Positions 8,660-17,659 of a stretch of DNA of 64,000 nucleotides are shown in pieces (the first letter of the stretch is position 1; each line of letters starts with the position of its first letter). The notes under the pieces were generated by a model. It saw only the letters and a list, made by a program, of their open reading frames with translations, was not told the DNA's origin and did no database searches. The position numbers were made by a program, and so were the translations under genes. Source of the DNA: a virus; the IMG/VR virus record IMGVR_UViG_3300031227_000015; one strand, 5' to 3'.

Positions 8660-8908
8660 ATGCAAAAAGAAGGGTATTTCGTTATAACACATGGAATAGA
8701 TGGTTTAGAGATTTATTTTCTTGAAAAATCACTTGAAAGTGAACAATTATTTAAGGATTTAAATTCTACTGATGCTTTTGATTATGAAGCCATTATGGAG
8801 TTATGGTATGATTATAATGATGTTTACAAGTATGAAACATGGGGTGGGGACAAATGGAAATTTAATGATTATAACATATTAGATGTCTGTGTTGTTTATG
8901 AATTTTAA
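8660..8908 (+). CDS. Hypothetical protein
   Basis: ORF with RBS. Confidence 0.5.
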   Translation: MQKEGYFVITHGIDGLEIYFLEKSLESEQLFKDLNSTDAFDYEAIMELWYDYNDVYKYETWGGDKWKFNDYNILDVCVVYEF

Positions 8909-8924
8909 AAAGGAGATAAAATGT

Positions 8925-9683
8925 ATGAAATTTAATGTGGAGGAGTTTAAAGAAGTATTGAGGAAAGCAACACTGAATTTTTCTATCGAATCTGTTAGGT
9001 TAGAGCTCACTAAAGATAAAATTAAGTCTGATATGATTTCGGAGAGAAGGAATGCCGTGGCTGTTTTAGATATACCTAACAATATGATGGCTCTAAAAAA
9101 ATCAGCTGAATATGAATTCAATTTTAGTCAGCCTAATCAACAGCTTATACCTTTTCTTAAACTTATTGATGAGGAAGAAGCAAATATTTCGGTTAAAGAT
9201 AACAAGATAATACTATCTAGTGGAAGACAAAGATCAAATATTCATTTCTGTTCACCTGATATTGTAAGTGTGTTTGAAGGTGATGTTAGAAAAAAGGTAG
9301 AATATTTTTTAACCATTGATATTGATGACATTATGAACGAAGCGTTTGCCAAGATCAAAAAAATTGGAACAAGATTTGGTGATGTGTACTTTAATGTAGA
9401 TAATGGTATATTCAATATTGAAACTTCTGATAGGACAAACAGATTTTCAAATGGTTTAAAATTTGACCTTGTAGATGATTTGAAAGATGTAGATGATCTT
9501 TCTCTAAGGTTTGATTTGAAGAATTTTTTAAACCTTATGGCCGTTGTAAATGGAAGTGCAGAAGATTTTCAATTGAATTTTTCCTATATTAAAGAAGAGG
9601 GTATGGGGATGTTATTGGCTGAAAGAGAAGGGGAAACAGAGAAGTACTATTTAATGTCCCACCAAATGGAAGACGAAATTTAA
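8925..9683 (+). CDS. gp45: Sliding clamp (gp45/PCNA-like)
   Basis: About 250 aa two-domain beta/alpha pattern ending KYYLM; next to clamp loader; AAGGAG RBS. Confidence 0.7.
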   Translation: MKFNVEEFKEVLRKATLNFSIESVRLELTKDKIKSDMISERRNAVAVLDIPNNMMALKKSAEYEFNFSQPNQQLIPFLKLIDEEEANISVKDNKIILSSGRQRSNIHFCSPDIVSVFEGDVRKKVEYFLTIDIDDIMNEAFAKIKKIGTRFGDVYFNVDNGIFNIETSDRTNRFSNGLKFDLVDDLKDVDDLSLRFDLKNFLNLMAVVNGSAEDFQLNFSYIKEEGMGMLLAEREGETEKYYLMSHQMEDEI

Positions 9684-9694
9684 TAAAAAAGATG

Positions 9695-9723
9695 TTTACA
9701 TTTACTATTTAATGATTTATAAT
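9695..9723 (+). promoter_or_regulatory. sigma70 promoter of the Ubl operon
   Basis: TTTACA-17nt-TATAAT. Confidence 0.7.
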
Positions 9724-9757
9724 GTAGTTAAATCTAAGAAAAAGGAGGAAATTTGTT

Positions 9758-10033
9758 ATGAGTAATGATTATTGGGATAACTCTCCAGAGGAAGAAGTTT
9801 TCGAAGACGATGGTGTTAGTAGTGCTAATCCATTTGTTTTCGTGAATGGTGCCAAGGTAGATGTAGAAACGGGTTCCAGTTTTGTATCATCCGTCGGTGA
9901 TGTTGCAAAAAATGCTGGTCTGGGAAAGTTTCGTGTTTTCTTAAATGGTAATGAAATTCTACCATCTGAATCTCCAGAGTTTGTTGGAGGGGACGATCGC
10001 ATCGAATTACGCAAGTATGACGTTGCGGGTTAA
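9758..10033 (+). CDS. Ubiquitin-like (beta-grasp) protein
   Basis: FVNG..V......F...V...A...GLGKFRVFLNG.EI......D.IELRKYDVAG; ends in Gly; upstream of E1 and JAB. Confidence 0.75.
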   Translation: MSNDYWDNSPEEEVFEDDGVSSANPFVFVNGAKVDVETGSSFVSSVGDVAKNAGLGKFRVFLNGNEILPSESPEFVGGDDRIELRKYDVAG

Positions 10034-10251
10034 TTAGTTTACTGTATATGATGTACATGGGATGATTACTTAAAATCTTTGATAGGATTATATAAAATAG
10101 AACTAATGGATTAAGATAAAAGTAGAAGAGTAGTATTGTTTAGAAGTAGTATTTATTGATAGTAGTACCCTTTCTATCAGGATTTAGGGAACTTTGGATG
10201 CGGGAAACCAAAGATACAGTAAATTATAAACATGAAAGGATGATAAGGACG

Positions 10252-11112
10252 ATGAGCAAAACTATTGAAACTAAGATAAAAGAAACCATGGATAATGTTA
10301 TGAATGATATCAATGATTTTAGTATTGATGATCTAAAATCTAATGGTTTTACTATAAGAAGTGGAAATAAAATTCTGAAAATGACCGTGCAAGAGGACTG
10401 TGATAACACCTCTATTGAAGATGAAATACTAAATGAGTTAAGGGATAAATTATCTGAAAGACTTTTAAATATTGGTGCAAAGATAAAAGGTAAATTGGAT
10501 GAAATGTCCACTTTTGTTTCTACTGTTAAGAATGAATACGAATCAAAGAAAAGAGACCTGGACAAGAAAATAAATTCTTCTAATATTATGCCTGATATCA
10601 CTTATGAGCATACACAAAAAGGATTGTCTCTTACTAAAGGTTATGATGGCACACTTTTATGGCTGGTTCAATCTGTTTACTGGCCTAAGTATATAGATGA
10701 TAGAGTAATTGACCCTAAGTATTCTAAAAGGTTAGTAAATCATGTAATCCTTACTATTGAAACTAGTGGTAATAAGGTGATGAATGTGGGTGTTAGAAAA
10801 CCTATAGGTCTTGGTACATTTAATCATTATCATAGGGAGTGCTGGGGGCAATGGTCCCCTCCAAGAGAATGGAAAACACCTGATGATATACTTGATATTG
10901 CACACCAAGCAGAAGTTGTATTAGAAACTATTAATACAGGTTCATTAGCTGATCATTCTCCAAGAGGTTTAATGAGAGTATCAACATTAAGAAAACATAG
11001 TACACTTAGAGATGATGGTGGTAATACCCTGGATTTTGAATCTAATAAAAGGTCAGACCAAATGGGTATAAATGATAACTTTGTTAGGGATGACATATGG
11101 AGTGTGAGATAA
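10252..11112 (+). CDS. Coiled-coil plus E2/UBC-like protein
   Basis: C-terminal FNHYHRECWG (HPH..C-like) followed by a helix and LETINTGS; operon context. Confidence 0.55.
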   Translation: MSKTIETKIKETMDNVMNDINDFSIDDLKSNGFTIRSGNKILKMTVQEDCDNTSIEDEILNELRDKLSERLLNIGAKIKGKLDEMSTFVSTVKNEYESKKRDLDKKINSSNIMPDITYEHTQKGLSLTKGYDGTLLWLVQSVYWPKYIDDRVIDPKYSKRLVNHVILTIETSGNKVMNVGVRKPIGLGTFNHYHRECWGQWSPPREWKTPDDILDIAHQAEVVLETINTGSLADHSPRGLMRVSTLRKHSTLRDDGGNTLDFESNKRSDQMGINDNFVRDDIWSVR

Positions 11113-11693
11113 TGAGTATCTACGAGAGACAGCTTACATTAGATTTGAACACTGATATATCCATAAGTGTGGTTGGTTCAGGGGGAATTGGCTTTTGGGT
11201 TTGTAAATTTGCCGCTATGTCGGGTATCAAAGATATATATGTTTTTGATCCTGATGTCATTGAAGAATCCAACCTAAACCGTTTGGATATTCCTGAAAGA
11301 TTTATAGGAAAAAACAAGGCTGACATGGTTAAGATAGTTGTAGAAATGCTAAGACCTATGTGTAGTGTATCTGCAAGACCATTTAAATATCAGGATTTCA
11401 ATGCCGTAAAAACTGACTGGGTGGTGGATTGTACTGATAATTATGAATCACAGATTAATAACCAAAAGATAGCGAAATCAATGGGTTCCGTTTACTGCAA
11501 GGCTGGATACGATGGAGAATCATTCAGTATTAATGATACGGTGGCTGAATGGGGTGAAGCAGAAGATGGTTATACAATAACACCTTCATGGGTAGTACCC
11601 GCATCCATAGTTGCCGCTTTAACAGTTGCTAAAATTATGAAGTATTCTGATAGTGAAGTGTATAATAACATAGGTATATTGATGAAAGGATAA
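11112..11693 (+). CDS. ThiF/E1-like adenylating enzyme
   Basis: YERQ, VVGSGGIG, FDPDVIEESNLNRL, GKNKA, VDCTD. Confidence 0.92.
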   Translation: MSIYERQLTLDLNTDISISVVGSGGIGFWVCKFAAMSGIKDIYVFDPDVIEESNLNRLDIPERFIGKNKADMVKIVVEMLRPMCSVSARPFKYQDFNAVKTDWVVDCTDNYESQINNQKIAKSMGSVYCKAGYDGESFSINDTVAEWGEAEDGYTITPSWVVPASIVAALTVAKIMKYSDSEVYNNIGILMKG

Positions 11694-11699
11694 GACATA

Positions 11700-11903
11700 A
11701 TGTTTAAAAAATTTTGGGGACTGATGGGTTTTGAACCTAAAAAAGGTGATGTGTTTTGTGAAACTTGTGATTTTTTAGATGGTGATTCTTATTGTACAAA
11801 TGAACATTTAAAATATAAAACACCCTACCAAAAATGTCTGTCTTATATATATAATGTGAATGAATATAATGATTGCAAGTATTTTAAACAAAAAGAACTC
11901 TGA
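11700..11903 (+). CDS. Small Cys-rich protein inserted in the Ubl operon
   Basis: Paralog of the 3271 ORF; bracketed by 19-nt direct repeats. Confidence 0.55.
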   Translation: MFKKFWGLMGFEPKKGDVFCETCDFLDGDSYCTNEHLKYKTPYQKCLSYIYNVNEYNDCKYFKQKEL

Positions 11904-11926
11904 ACTATAGGAAAGGATAAGACATA

Positions 11927-12694
11927 ATGGGTTACATACTAAGGAAGAATGATAAAAAAAAGGTAGTTGAAGCTAAAGAAACTTGTTGGGAGGTTGAGAT
12001 TGATACTGTTTCTGAATGTGGTAAAGCACCTGATGTTGTTAATGTTTTTATCAGTCCTTTAGCTAAAGATAAGATTGAGCGTTTGATGGAAAAGTTCACT
12101 AACATTGAATGGTTGGCTTACCTTATAGGTGAGGGTTATAATATTAATGATATTTATATACCAAAGCAAAGTGTATCTGCTGGTAGTGTTACAGGTATTG
12201 ATTCTTCTGTATGTAATAGACTTCCTGTTATAGGTGTTATTCATTCGCATCATGGTATGGGTAATGGTTTTTCAGGCACAGATGATGAATGGATAAACCA
12301 AAATAACGATATCTCACTTTGTATATCTAAGAGTGGTATAAACGGTCAGGTAAGATGGGAAACTCCATGTGGATCTTTGAACATCGTTAAGGCTGTAGTA
12401 AAATTGAAGATAGATGTAGATTATGATGTTGAGGAATTCGAAGAAATAATTAAAAAAAATATCAAAAGGGAAACAACCATCTACAAAGAAACCTATTTTA
12501 AAAAAAATTCTTATAATGGTCAATATAACGGTCAATATGGTATACGGGGGTTTGATGATGATGACGGTGTAGAAGCATATATAGAATCTCTCAAAGATAA
12601 GGATGATGAAAGAACCTTAGAGGAAGAGTTAAGATATATGGAAGATTCTGGAATGTTTGATTCTGATGATGAAAAAAATGTGTTTACAAGTTAG
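11927..12694 (+). CDS. JAB/JAMM metalloprotease (deubiquitinase-like)
   Basis: IEW...VIGVIHSHHGMGNGFSGTD = E-x(n)-HxH-x7-S-x2-D. Confidence 0.9.
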   Translation: MGYILRKNDKKKVVEAKETCWEVEIDTVSECGKAPDVVNVFISPLAKDKIERLMEKFTNIEWLAYLIGEGYNINDIYIPKQSVSAGSVTGIDSSVCNRLPVIGVIHSHHGMGNGFSGTDDEWINQNNDISLCISKSGINGQVRWETPCGSLNIVKAVVKLKIDVDYDVEEFEEIIKKNIKRETTIYKETYFKKNSYNGQYNGQYGIRGFDDDDGVEAYIESLKDKDDERTLEEELRYMEDSGMFDSDDEKNVFTS

Positions 12695-12711
12695 TTTGAT
12701 TGTGTTAGAAT
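12683..12711 (+). promoter_or_regulatory. sigma70 promoter for the Y-like RNA/Ro60 unit
   Basis: TTTACA-17nt-TAGAAT. Confidence 0.65.
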
Positions 12712-12724
12712 TATAGATAGTTGT

Positions 12725-12817
12725 TAGGGAGAATACTGTAGAATTGACATACATCACTTGAAATGAACCTCCCGTCAAAAGGAGGAAAATCTGTCTACTC
12801 GTTTATCGTTTCTTCTA
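12725..12817 (+). ncRNA. Y RNA-like ncRNA 1
   Basis: 5'/3' end pairing, internal CCTCC/GGAGG hairpin, motifs shared with RNA 2, upstream of the Ro60 gene. Confidence 0.55.
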
Positions 12818-12828
12818 AAAATTTACAC

Positions 12829-12991
12829 AGGGGGATGCTGTAATCAAGAGATACTTCATATAAATTGCTAAAAGAAAAACCTTAACCGTCTACCTGGGAC
12901 GTTAGCCAGTAGTAAATTAAGCAGTAAGGTCGATTGGCCGACCTTCCTTAAATGCCTATTAATCACTCCTCTTGGTGATTATTGCTCCCCT
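12829..12991 (+). ncRNA. Y RNA-like ncRNA 2
   Basis: AGGGG..GTAATC-AAGAG pairs with CTCTT..GATTAT..CCCCT with bulges; hairpin AAGGTCG/CGACCTT. Confidence 0.6.
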
Positions 12992-13033
12992 TAATTTTTA
13001 ATCCTTTAGCTTTTCTAAGGAGGGACTTGTAAA

Positions 13034-14644
13034 ATGGCAAGATTTAATGTTCAATCTTCAAAAAAATATACTGAAAAAAACTATGAAGGGGATGTTTCCT
13101 ATAAACTTACTCCTGAAATGGAATTGTATTCCTTAGTTTGTACTAGTGCTTTACAACCTACCTTTTATGTTTCCGATACAAATGATCAGTTAAATAAGAT
13201 TAAAACTGCTTTACGCAAGGTTGATCCTCTGTTTGCTGCTAAGCTGGCTGTGTATGCCCGTGAAAAAATGTATTTGAGAACCATTCCTCTAGTTCTTACA
13301 GTTGAATTGACAAAGATCTATAAAGGTAAGGATGATCTTATCAGAAAGCTAACAAGAAGAGTAGTTCAAAGAGCTGATGAAATAACTGAACTATTAGCTT
13401 ACTATGTCAAGGCTAATAAAAGGGAACCTAAAGTAGCTGAAACTAAAGGTGATCATACTACCTATAAGACCATCTATGGTTTATCTAATCAGTTAAAGAA
13501 GGGTGTTAAGGATGTATTTGAGTCTGGTGTTTTTTCAGAATATAATTATGCAAAATACAATAGAAAGACCGAAATTAAACTTCGTGATGCTTTGTTTCTT
13601 TCACATCCTAAACCACATAGTCAGGAACAAAAGAATCTATGGAACAAGATTGCTAATAATTCTTTAGATACCCCTTACACCTGGGAAGTAGAATTATCCA
13701 AAACAGGTAAAGAGGATGGTAAGGATAAAAGAGAGGTATGGGAAGAACTTATTGATTCTGGAAAATTAGGATATATGGCACTAATTCGTAATTTGAGGAA
13801 CTTTGTGAAGGAAGGGGTATCATTTGCTCATATGGTAAAGGTTGCTGATAGATTATCTGATTATGATCAAGTAAAAAGGTCCAAACAATTACCTTTTAGG
13901 TTCTTATCTGCTTACAGAGCATTAGGGCAAACTCCTACTATTAGACATTGGGGATACGGATATGAAGAAGAATCGAGAAGTGAAGAGGAAACTGTCACTA
14001 CTCCTCCTATGATATTGGATGCTTTAGAGAAGGCTGTTAAAATCTCTATTGAAAATATTCATATGTTTGGTAGTGATGACTCTGTATTGATAGCAACAGA
14101 TGTATCAGGTTCAATGCAACATACCTTTTCTCCTAAGTCACAAATACAGTTATATGATATTGGTGCAATGCTAGCAATGTTGTTACAAACTCGTTGTGCT
14201 AATGCTACTGTTGGTATGTTTGGTGATAGCTGGAAGGTGTTGGATGATTTACCATCTTATAATGTTTTGAAGTCTACCAATGAAATCCATTCAAGGGAAG
14301 GTGAAGTAGGTTATTCAACTAATGGATGGAAAGTATTACAGTGGTGTATTGATAATAACAAGGCATATGATCGTATTATGATGTTTACAGACGGTCAAAT
14401 GTGGAATTCAAATGGTAGAAGTAGAAGTAATCATATCAATACTCTATGGGGCCATTATAAAAATGCCGTTCCACAAGCTAAGTTGTATTTATTTAATCTG
14501 GCTTCTTATGGGGATTCTCCTTTAGACCTTAGAAAGAATGATGTTTATTTGATTTCCGGATGGAGCGAAAAAATCTTTAATGTGTTATATAATATAGAAC
14601 AAGGAGGCAATAGCTTGGATGAAATTAAGGAGATATTATTGTGA
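13034..14644 (+). CDS. Ro60/TROVE domain RNA-binding protein with vWA domain
   Basis: LAVYARE.MYLR, RADE, KY, TWE, YMALIRNLRN, LPFRFLSAY, DVSGSM, FTDGQ, GWSE. Confidence 0.95.
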   Translation: MARFNVQSSKKYTEKNYEGDVSYKLTPEMELYSLVCTSALQPTFYVSDTNDQLNKIKTALRKVDPLFAAKLAVYAREKMYLRTIPLVLTVELTKIYKGKDDLIRKLTRRVVQRADEITELLAYYVKANKREPKVAETKGDHTTYKTIYGLSNQLKKGVKDVFESGVFSEYNYAKYNRKTEIKLRDALFLSHPKPHSQEQKNLWNKIANNSLDTPYTWEVELSKTGKEDGKDKREVWEELIDSGKLGYMALIRNLRNFVKEGVSFAHMVKVADRLSDYDQVKRSKQLPFRFLSAYRALGQTPTIRHWGYGYEEESRSEEETVTTPPMILDALEKAVKISIENIHMFGSDDSVLIATDVSGSMQHTFSPKSQIQLYDIGAMLAMLLQTRCANATVGMFGDSWKVLDDLPSYNVLKSTNEIHSREGEVGYSTNGWKVLQWCIDNNKAYDRIMMFTDGQMWNSNGRSRSNHINTLWGHYKNAVPQAKLYLFNLASYGDSPLDLRKNDVYLISGWSEKIFNVLYNIEQGGNSLDEIKEILL

Positions 14645-14682
14645 TGTGATTCTTCCTCTTCTTTAGACTTCATCCAAATAGT

Positions 14683-14718
14683 AATCCCTATACTAGAAAA
14701 TTTAGTATAGGGATTTTT
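14683..14718 (+). terminator. Intrinsic terminator after Ro60
   Basis: AATCCCTATACTA/TAGTATAGGGATT plus T-run. Confidence 0.8.
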
Positions 14719-14741
14719 ATGCTCTTTTCATTCTCAAATAA

Positions 14742-14769
14742 TATAAATAATATAAATATAGTATAAATA
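14742..14769 (+). promoter_or_regulatory. Three T4-type late promoter motifs
   Basis: TATAAATA at 14742, 14751 and 14762, upstream of the lysis and leader-gene cluster. Confidence 0.6.
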
Positions 14770-14903
14770 AATAATAGATAAATAATAGATATACTAAATA
14801 TCAATACTCTAAGTAACACAATATATATCTATATCTCTCGGGGTTCAAACGATAAATCTATTATAACAGATTTTTTAGAAATGTAAACCTAAAAAGATCA
14901 ATT

Positions 14904-15302
14904 ATGGCAAATTTTAGTAAAAAATCATTAAATAAACTTAGTACATGTAGGCAAGAGTTACAGGATATTTTTAGAGAAGTTATAAAAATATATGATTGTT
15001 CTATACTGGAAGGCCATAGGGGACAAGAATTACAAGATAAATATTTTAATGAAGGTAAATCAAAGATAAAATGGCCCAATGGTAAACATAATTCTATACC
15101 AAGTGAAGCTGTTGATGTTGCTCCTTACCCTATTGATTGGAATGACAGTAATAGATTTTTCTTTCTCGGAGGATTAGTAATAGGTATAGCAAGCCAAATG
15201 GGTCATAAAATAAGATGGGGGAGAAATTGGGATGGTGATAATGATTTTGAAGATCAAAAATTTAATGATTCTCCACATTTTGAAATTATAATAGGAGGTT
15301 AG
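14904..15302 (+). CDS. Endolysin, peptidase M15 (L-Ala-D-Glu peptidase-like)
   Basis: EGHR..E.Q, KH....AVD, IRWG..W, D.PHFE. Confidence 0.9.
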   Translation: MANFSKKSLNKLSTCRQELQDIFREVIKIYDCSILEGHRGQELQDKYFNEGKSKIKWPNGKHNSIPSEAVDVAPYPIDWNDSNRFFFLGGLVIGIASQMGHKIRWGRNWDGDNDFEDQKFNDSPHFEIIIGG

Positions 15303-15306
15303 TATT

Positions 15307-15717
15307 ATGAGTTGGATAGGAAATTTATTAGGTGATTCAGCAGGTGGATTGGTTGAAGGTGTAGCAGGAGCAATTGACAGATTTGTCGAAACTTCAGAAG
15401 AAGAGAAAGCTGCAAACTTATTAGTAGAGAAAATGAGACAGGAACCTCATAAATGGCAGGCTGAAATCAATAAAGTTGAAGCCGGTCATAGGTCAATATT
15501 CGTTGCGGGATGGAGACCCTTTATTGGATGGATATGTGGTTTAGGTTTATGTTGGACATTTCTATTAGAACCAATCACAGGTACAATTGTTGCTATTACA
15601 GGTGCTAAAGTTATACTACCTATAATAAAAACAGGTGAACTTATTCCGTTAGTGTTTGCTTTATTAGGTCTCGGTGGTATGCGTACATGGGAGAAAAAAA
15701 AGGGTCTTACAGGATAA
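15307..15717 (+). CDS. Holin (3TM/GTA-holin-like)
   Basis: FVAGWRPFIGWICG...LLGLGGMRTWEK; next to the endolysin. Confidence 0.85.
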   Translation: MSWIGNLLGDSAGGLVEGVAGAIDRFVETSEEEKAANLLVEKMRQEPHKWQAEINKVEAGHRSIFVAGWRPFIGWICGLGLCWTFLLEPITGTIVAITGAKVILPIIKTGELIPLVFALLGLGGMRTWEKKKGLTG

Positions 15718-15723
15718 AATAAT

Positions 15724-17238
15724 ATGAGACTAAAGAAATATATATCAATACACGACCTGCCTTTACTTATGGAGAAGGTATCTAAAAAGGATATAAAGTC
15801 CATCCTTAGTAGTGATGATGTTATTATAGGAGCAGAATTCGAATTTGTTAGTACTTATTTAGAGGAAATGGAGAGTAATAGTAAAGAAGCAGAAGAAGCA
15901 AGTAGTAGAGCTTATGATGCTTGGGAAAACTATGAAAGTGAACGAGATGACTGGGAAAGTGAAAAATCTAATGTGGACAATGCAATAAATGATGTTGAAG
16001 ACGAAATAGAAGATATACAATCAGAGGATGATTATAATTTTAAAGACATTGAAAGATTAGAAAAGAAATTAAAAGAATATAATGATAGTTTAGAGGATTT
16101 ATTTGATGAGCTACCAGAAATACCAGAAGATTTAATTGATTACGATGAGGAATATTGTGCCTTTAGAGAAAATTATTCCGGAAGTAGTCCTGGTGATGAA
16201 TTAGATGAACCTGGCCCACCTGATATGACTTATGATCTTGAAGAGCCATATATATGGGCAGAGACCGTTGAGAATTATTTAGAAACTATTGATGTACCGT
16301 TTAGTGATTATGGAGTTGGTGAAGCTTATGGTGATGTAGAACAGTCATTAGGTAGTAAAAAATGGGCCATAGAACCTGATAGCAGTGTGGGGGAAGAAGG
16401 CACAGGTATAGAAATCAAATCTCCACCCATGTCAGTAAAAGAATTTATAAAGATATGCCCCAAAATGTTTAAATGGATAAGTAAGCATGGTTATACTGAT
16501 AATAGTTGTGGTTTTCATATACATATGTCTTTAAAGAATAATACTAATCTCACAAAATCATTAGACCTTGTTAAGCTTACCATGTTTACCGATGAGAATT
16601 ATATTTTTAAGTTTTTCCCTGATAGAATAAATAATGAATATGCCAAGTCTATGAAGAAGGAAATGAATAAAGAGGGTGTCACAGAAGATGATTGGAAAGA
16701 TTTTATAGAGGTAAAGAAACTTAGAAATAAAGTGGCTTCAGAGCATTATACTTCAATCAACTGGGAAGGGTTAGAAGATGATAACCAACATATAGAGTTT
16801 CGTTATATGGGAGGGAGTCAATATCATAAGAAATGGGATAAAATAAAAACCATTATTGCACAGTATGGTTACAATTTAGATTTAGCTTGTAATGATGGTT
16901 CTCATAGGAAGGAATATGCCCTAAAGATACAAAGGATGTTGAATAAAGTTGAAATGGTTGAGATTAAAAGGAAATATGAATGGCTTGTTAATCTCGATCA
17001 GGCTGAAAAAGAAATGCCTAAAGAATGGAAGGATATTCATAGATATATAACTAAGGAGTTTAAAAAATATAGGAAACAATATGTAGATTTAGTTAGTATT
17101 TATGGTGCTAAGTCTGGTAAGGAGATTGGTAGTTACGGTATAAATAATTGGACAGAAGAAACCATGCATGAATTGTATAAGAGATTACCAAAGGATGTAA
17201 AGATGTCTTTTAGGGATTTTATGATGGAGTATATATAA
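15724..17238 (+). CDS. Putative amidoligase (COOH-NH2 ligase) with N-terminal leader
   Basis: IGAEFEF, EPDSS, GIEIKSPP, SCGFHIHMS, HY.SIN, IEFR. Confidence 0.8.
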   Translation: MRLKKYISIHDLPLLMEKVSKKDIKSILSSDDVIIGAEFEFVSTYLEEMESNSKEAEEASSRAYDAWENYESERDDWESEKSNVDNAINDVEDEIEDIQSEDDYNFKDIERLEKKLKEYNDSLEDLFDELPEIPEDLIDYDEEYCAFRENYSGSSPGDELDEPGPPDMTYDLEEPYIWAETVENYLETIDVPFSDYGVGEAYGDVEQSLGSKKWAIEPDSSVGEEGTGIEIKSPPMSVKEFIKICPKMFKWISKHGYTDNSCGFHIHMSLKNNTNLTKSLDLVKLTMFTDENYIFKFFPDRINNEYAKSMKKEMNKEGVTEDDWKDFIEVKKLRNKVASEHYTSINWEGLEDDNQHIEFRYMGGSQYHKKWDKIKTIIAQYGYNLDLACNDGSHRKEYALKIQRMLNKVEMVEIKRKYEWLVNLDQAEKEMPKEWKDIHRYITKEFKKYRKQYVDLVSIYGAKSGKEIGSYGINNWTEETMHELYKRLPKDVKMSFRDFMMEYI

Positions 17239-17252
17239 GGGAGAGAAGAGAT

Positions 17253-17645
17253 ATGAGACTAAAACGATTTTTGAATGAAGAGGATATGGTAAAGAAGGGT
17301 TTAAATGTGGGGGAACCTGAAGTTGGTGAGGAGTATGATGAAGAAGAGGTTGTGGCTAAAAAAGAAGTCCTTCAAATTGCTATAGGTAAACAAACAGAAA
17401 TATTGAGTAAATTGAGAAAAGGTGGAAATGAAGACCAATTGGAAGCTGCTCGTGCTATAATGTCTGACCTCAAGGATAAAGCAGAGAAGTGGGAAGACTG
17501 GAAAAAAGAAGTAAAATCTCAAGGTCCTAATCCCGAACCTGCTGCTGGAGAAGAGCCACCTCCTGAACCCGAAGAAGAAGAGGAAGAAGAGGAAGAAGAG
17601 GAAGAAGAGGAAGAAGAGGAAGAAGAAGAAGAAGAAGAAAAATGA
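17253..17645 (+). CDS. Acidic leader-bearing protein with a poly-Glu tail
   Basis: MRLKRFLNEE; long C-terminal E run encoded by GAA/GAG repeats. Confidence 0.65.
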   Translation: MRLKRFLNEEDMVKKGLNVGEPEVGEEYDEEEVVAKKEVLQIAIGKQTEILSKLRKGGNEDQLEAARAIMSDLKDKAEKWEDWKKEVKSQGPNPEPAAGEEPPPEPEEEEEEEEEEEEEEEEEEEEEEEK

Positions 17646-17659
17646 GACTAATGAAAAAT

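Noticed and set aside
11112-11693. ThiF as a thiamine or molybdopterin biosynthesis gene
   Set aside because: No thi/moa genes nearby; the JAB and E2-like neighbours favour conjugation, though a sulfur-carrier role is not formally excluded
17571-17639. GAAGAAGAG microsatellite as a non-coding repeat
   Set aside because: Encodes the poly-Glu tail of the 17253 ORF
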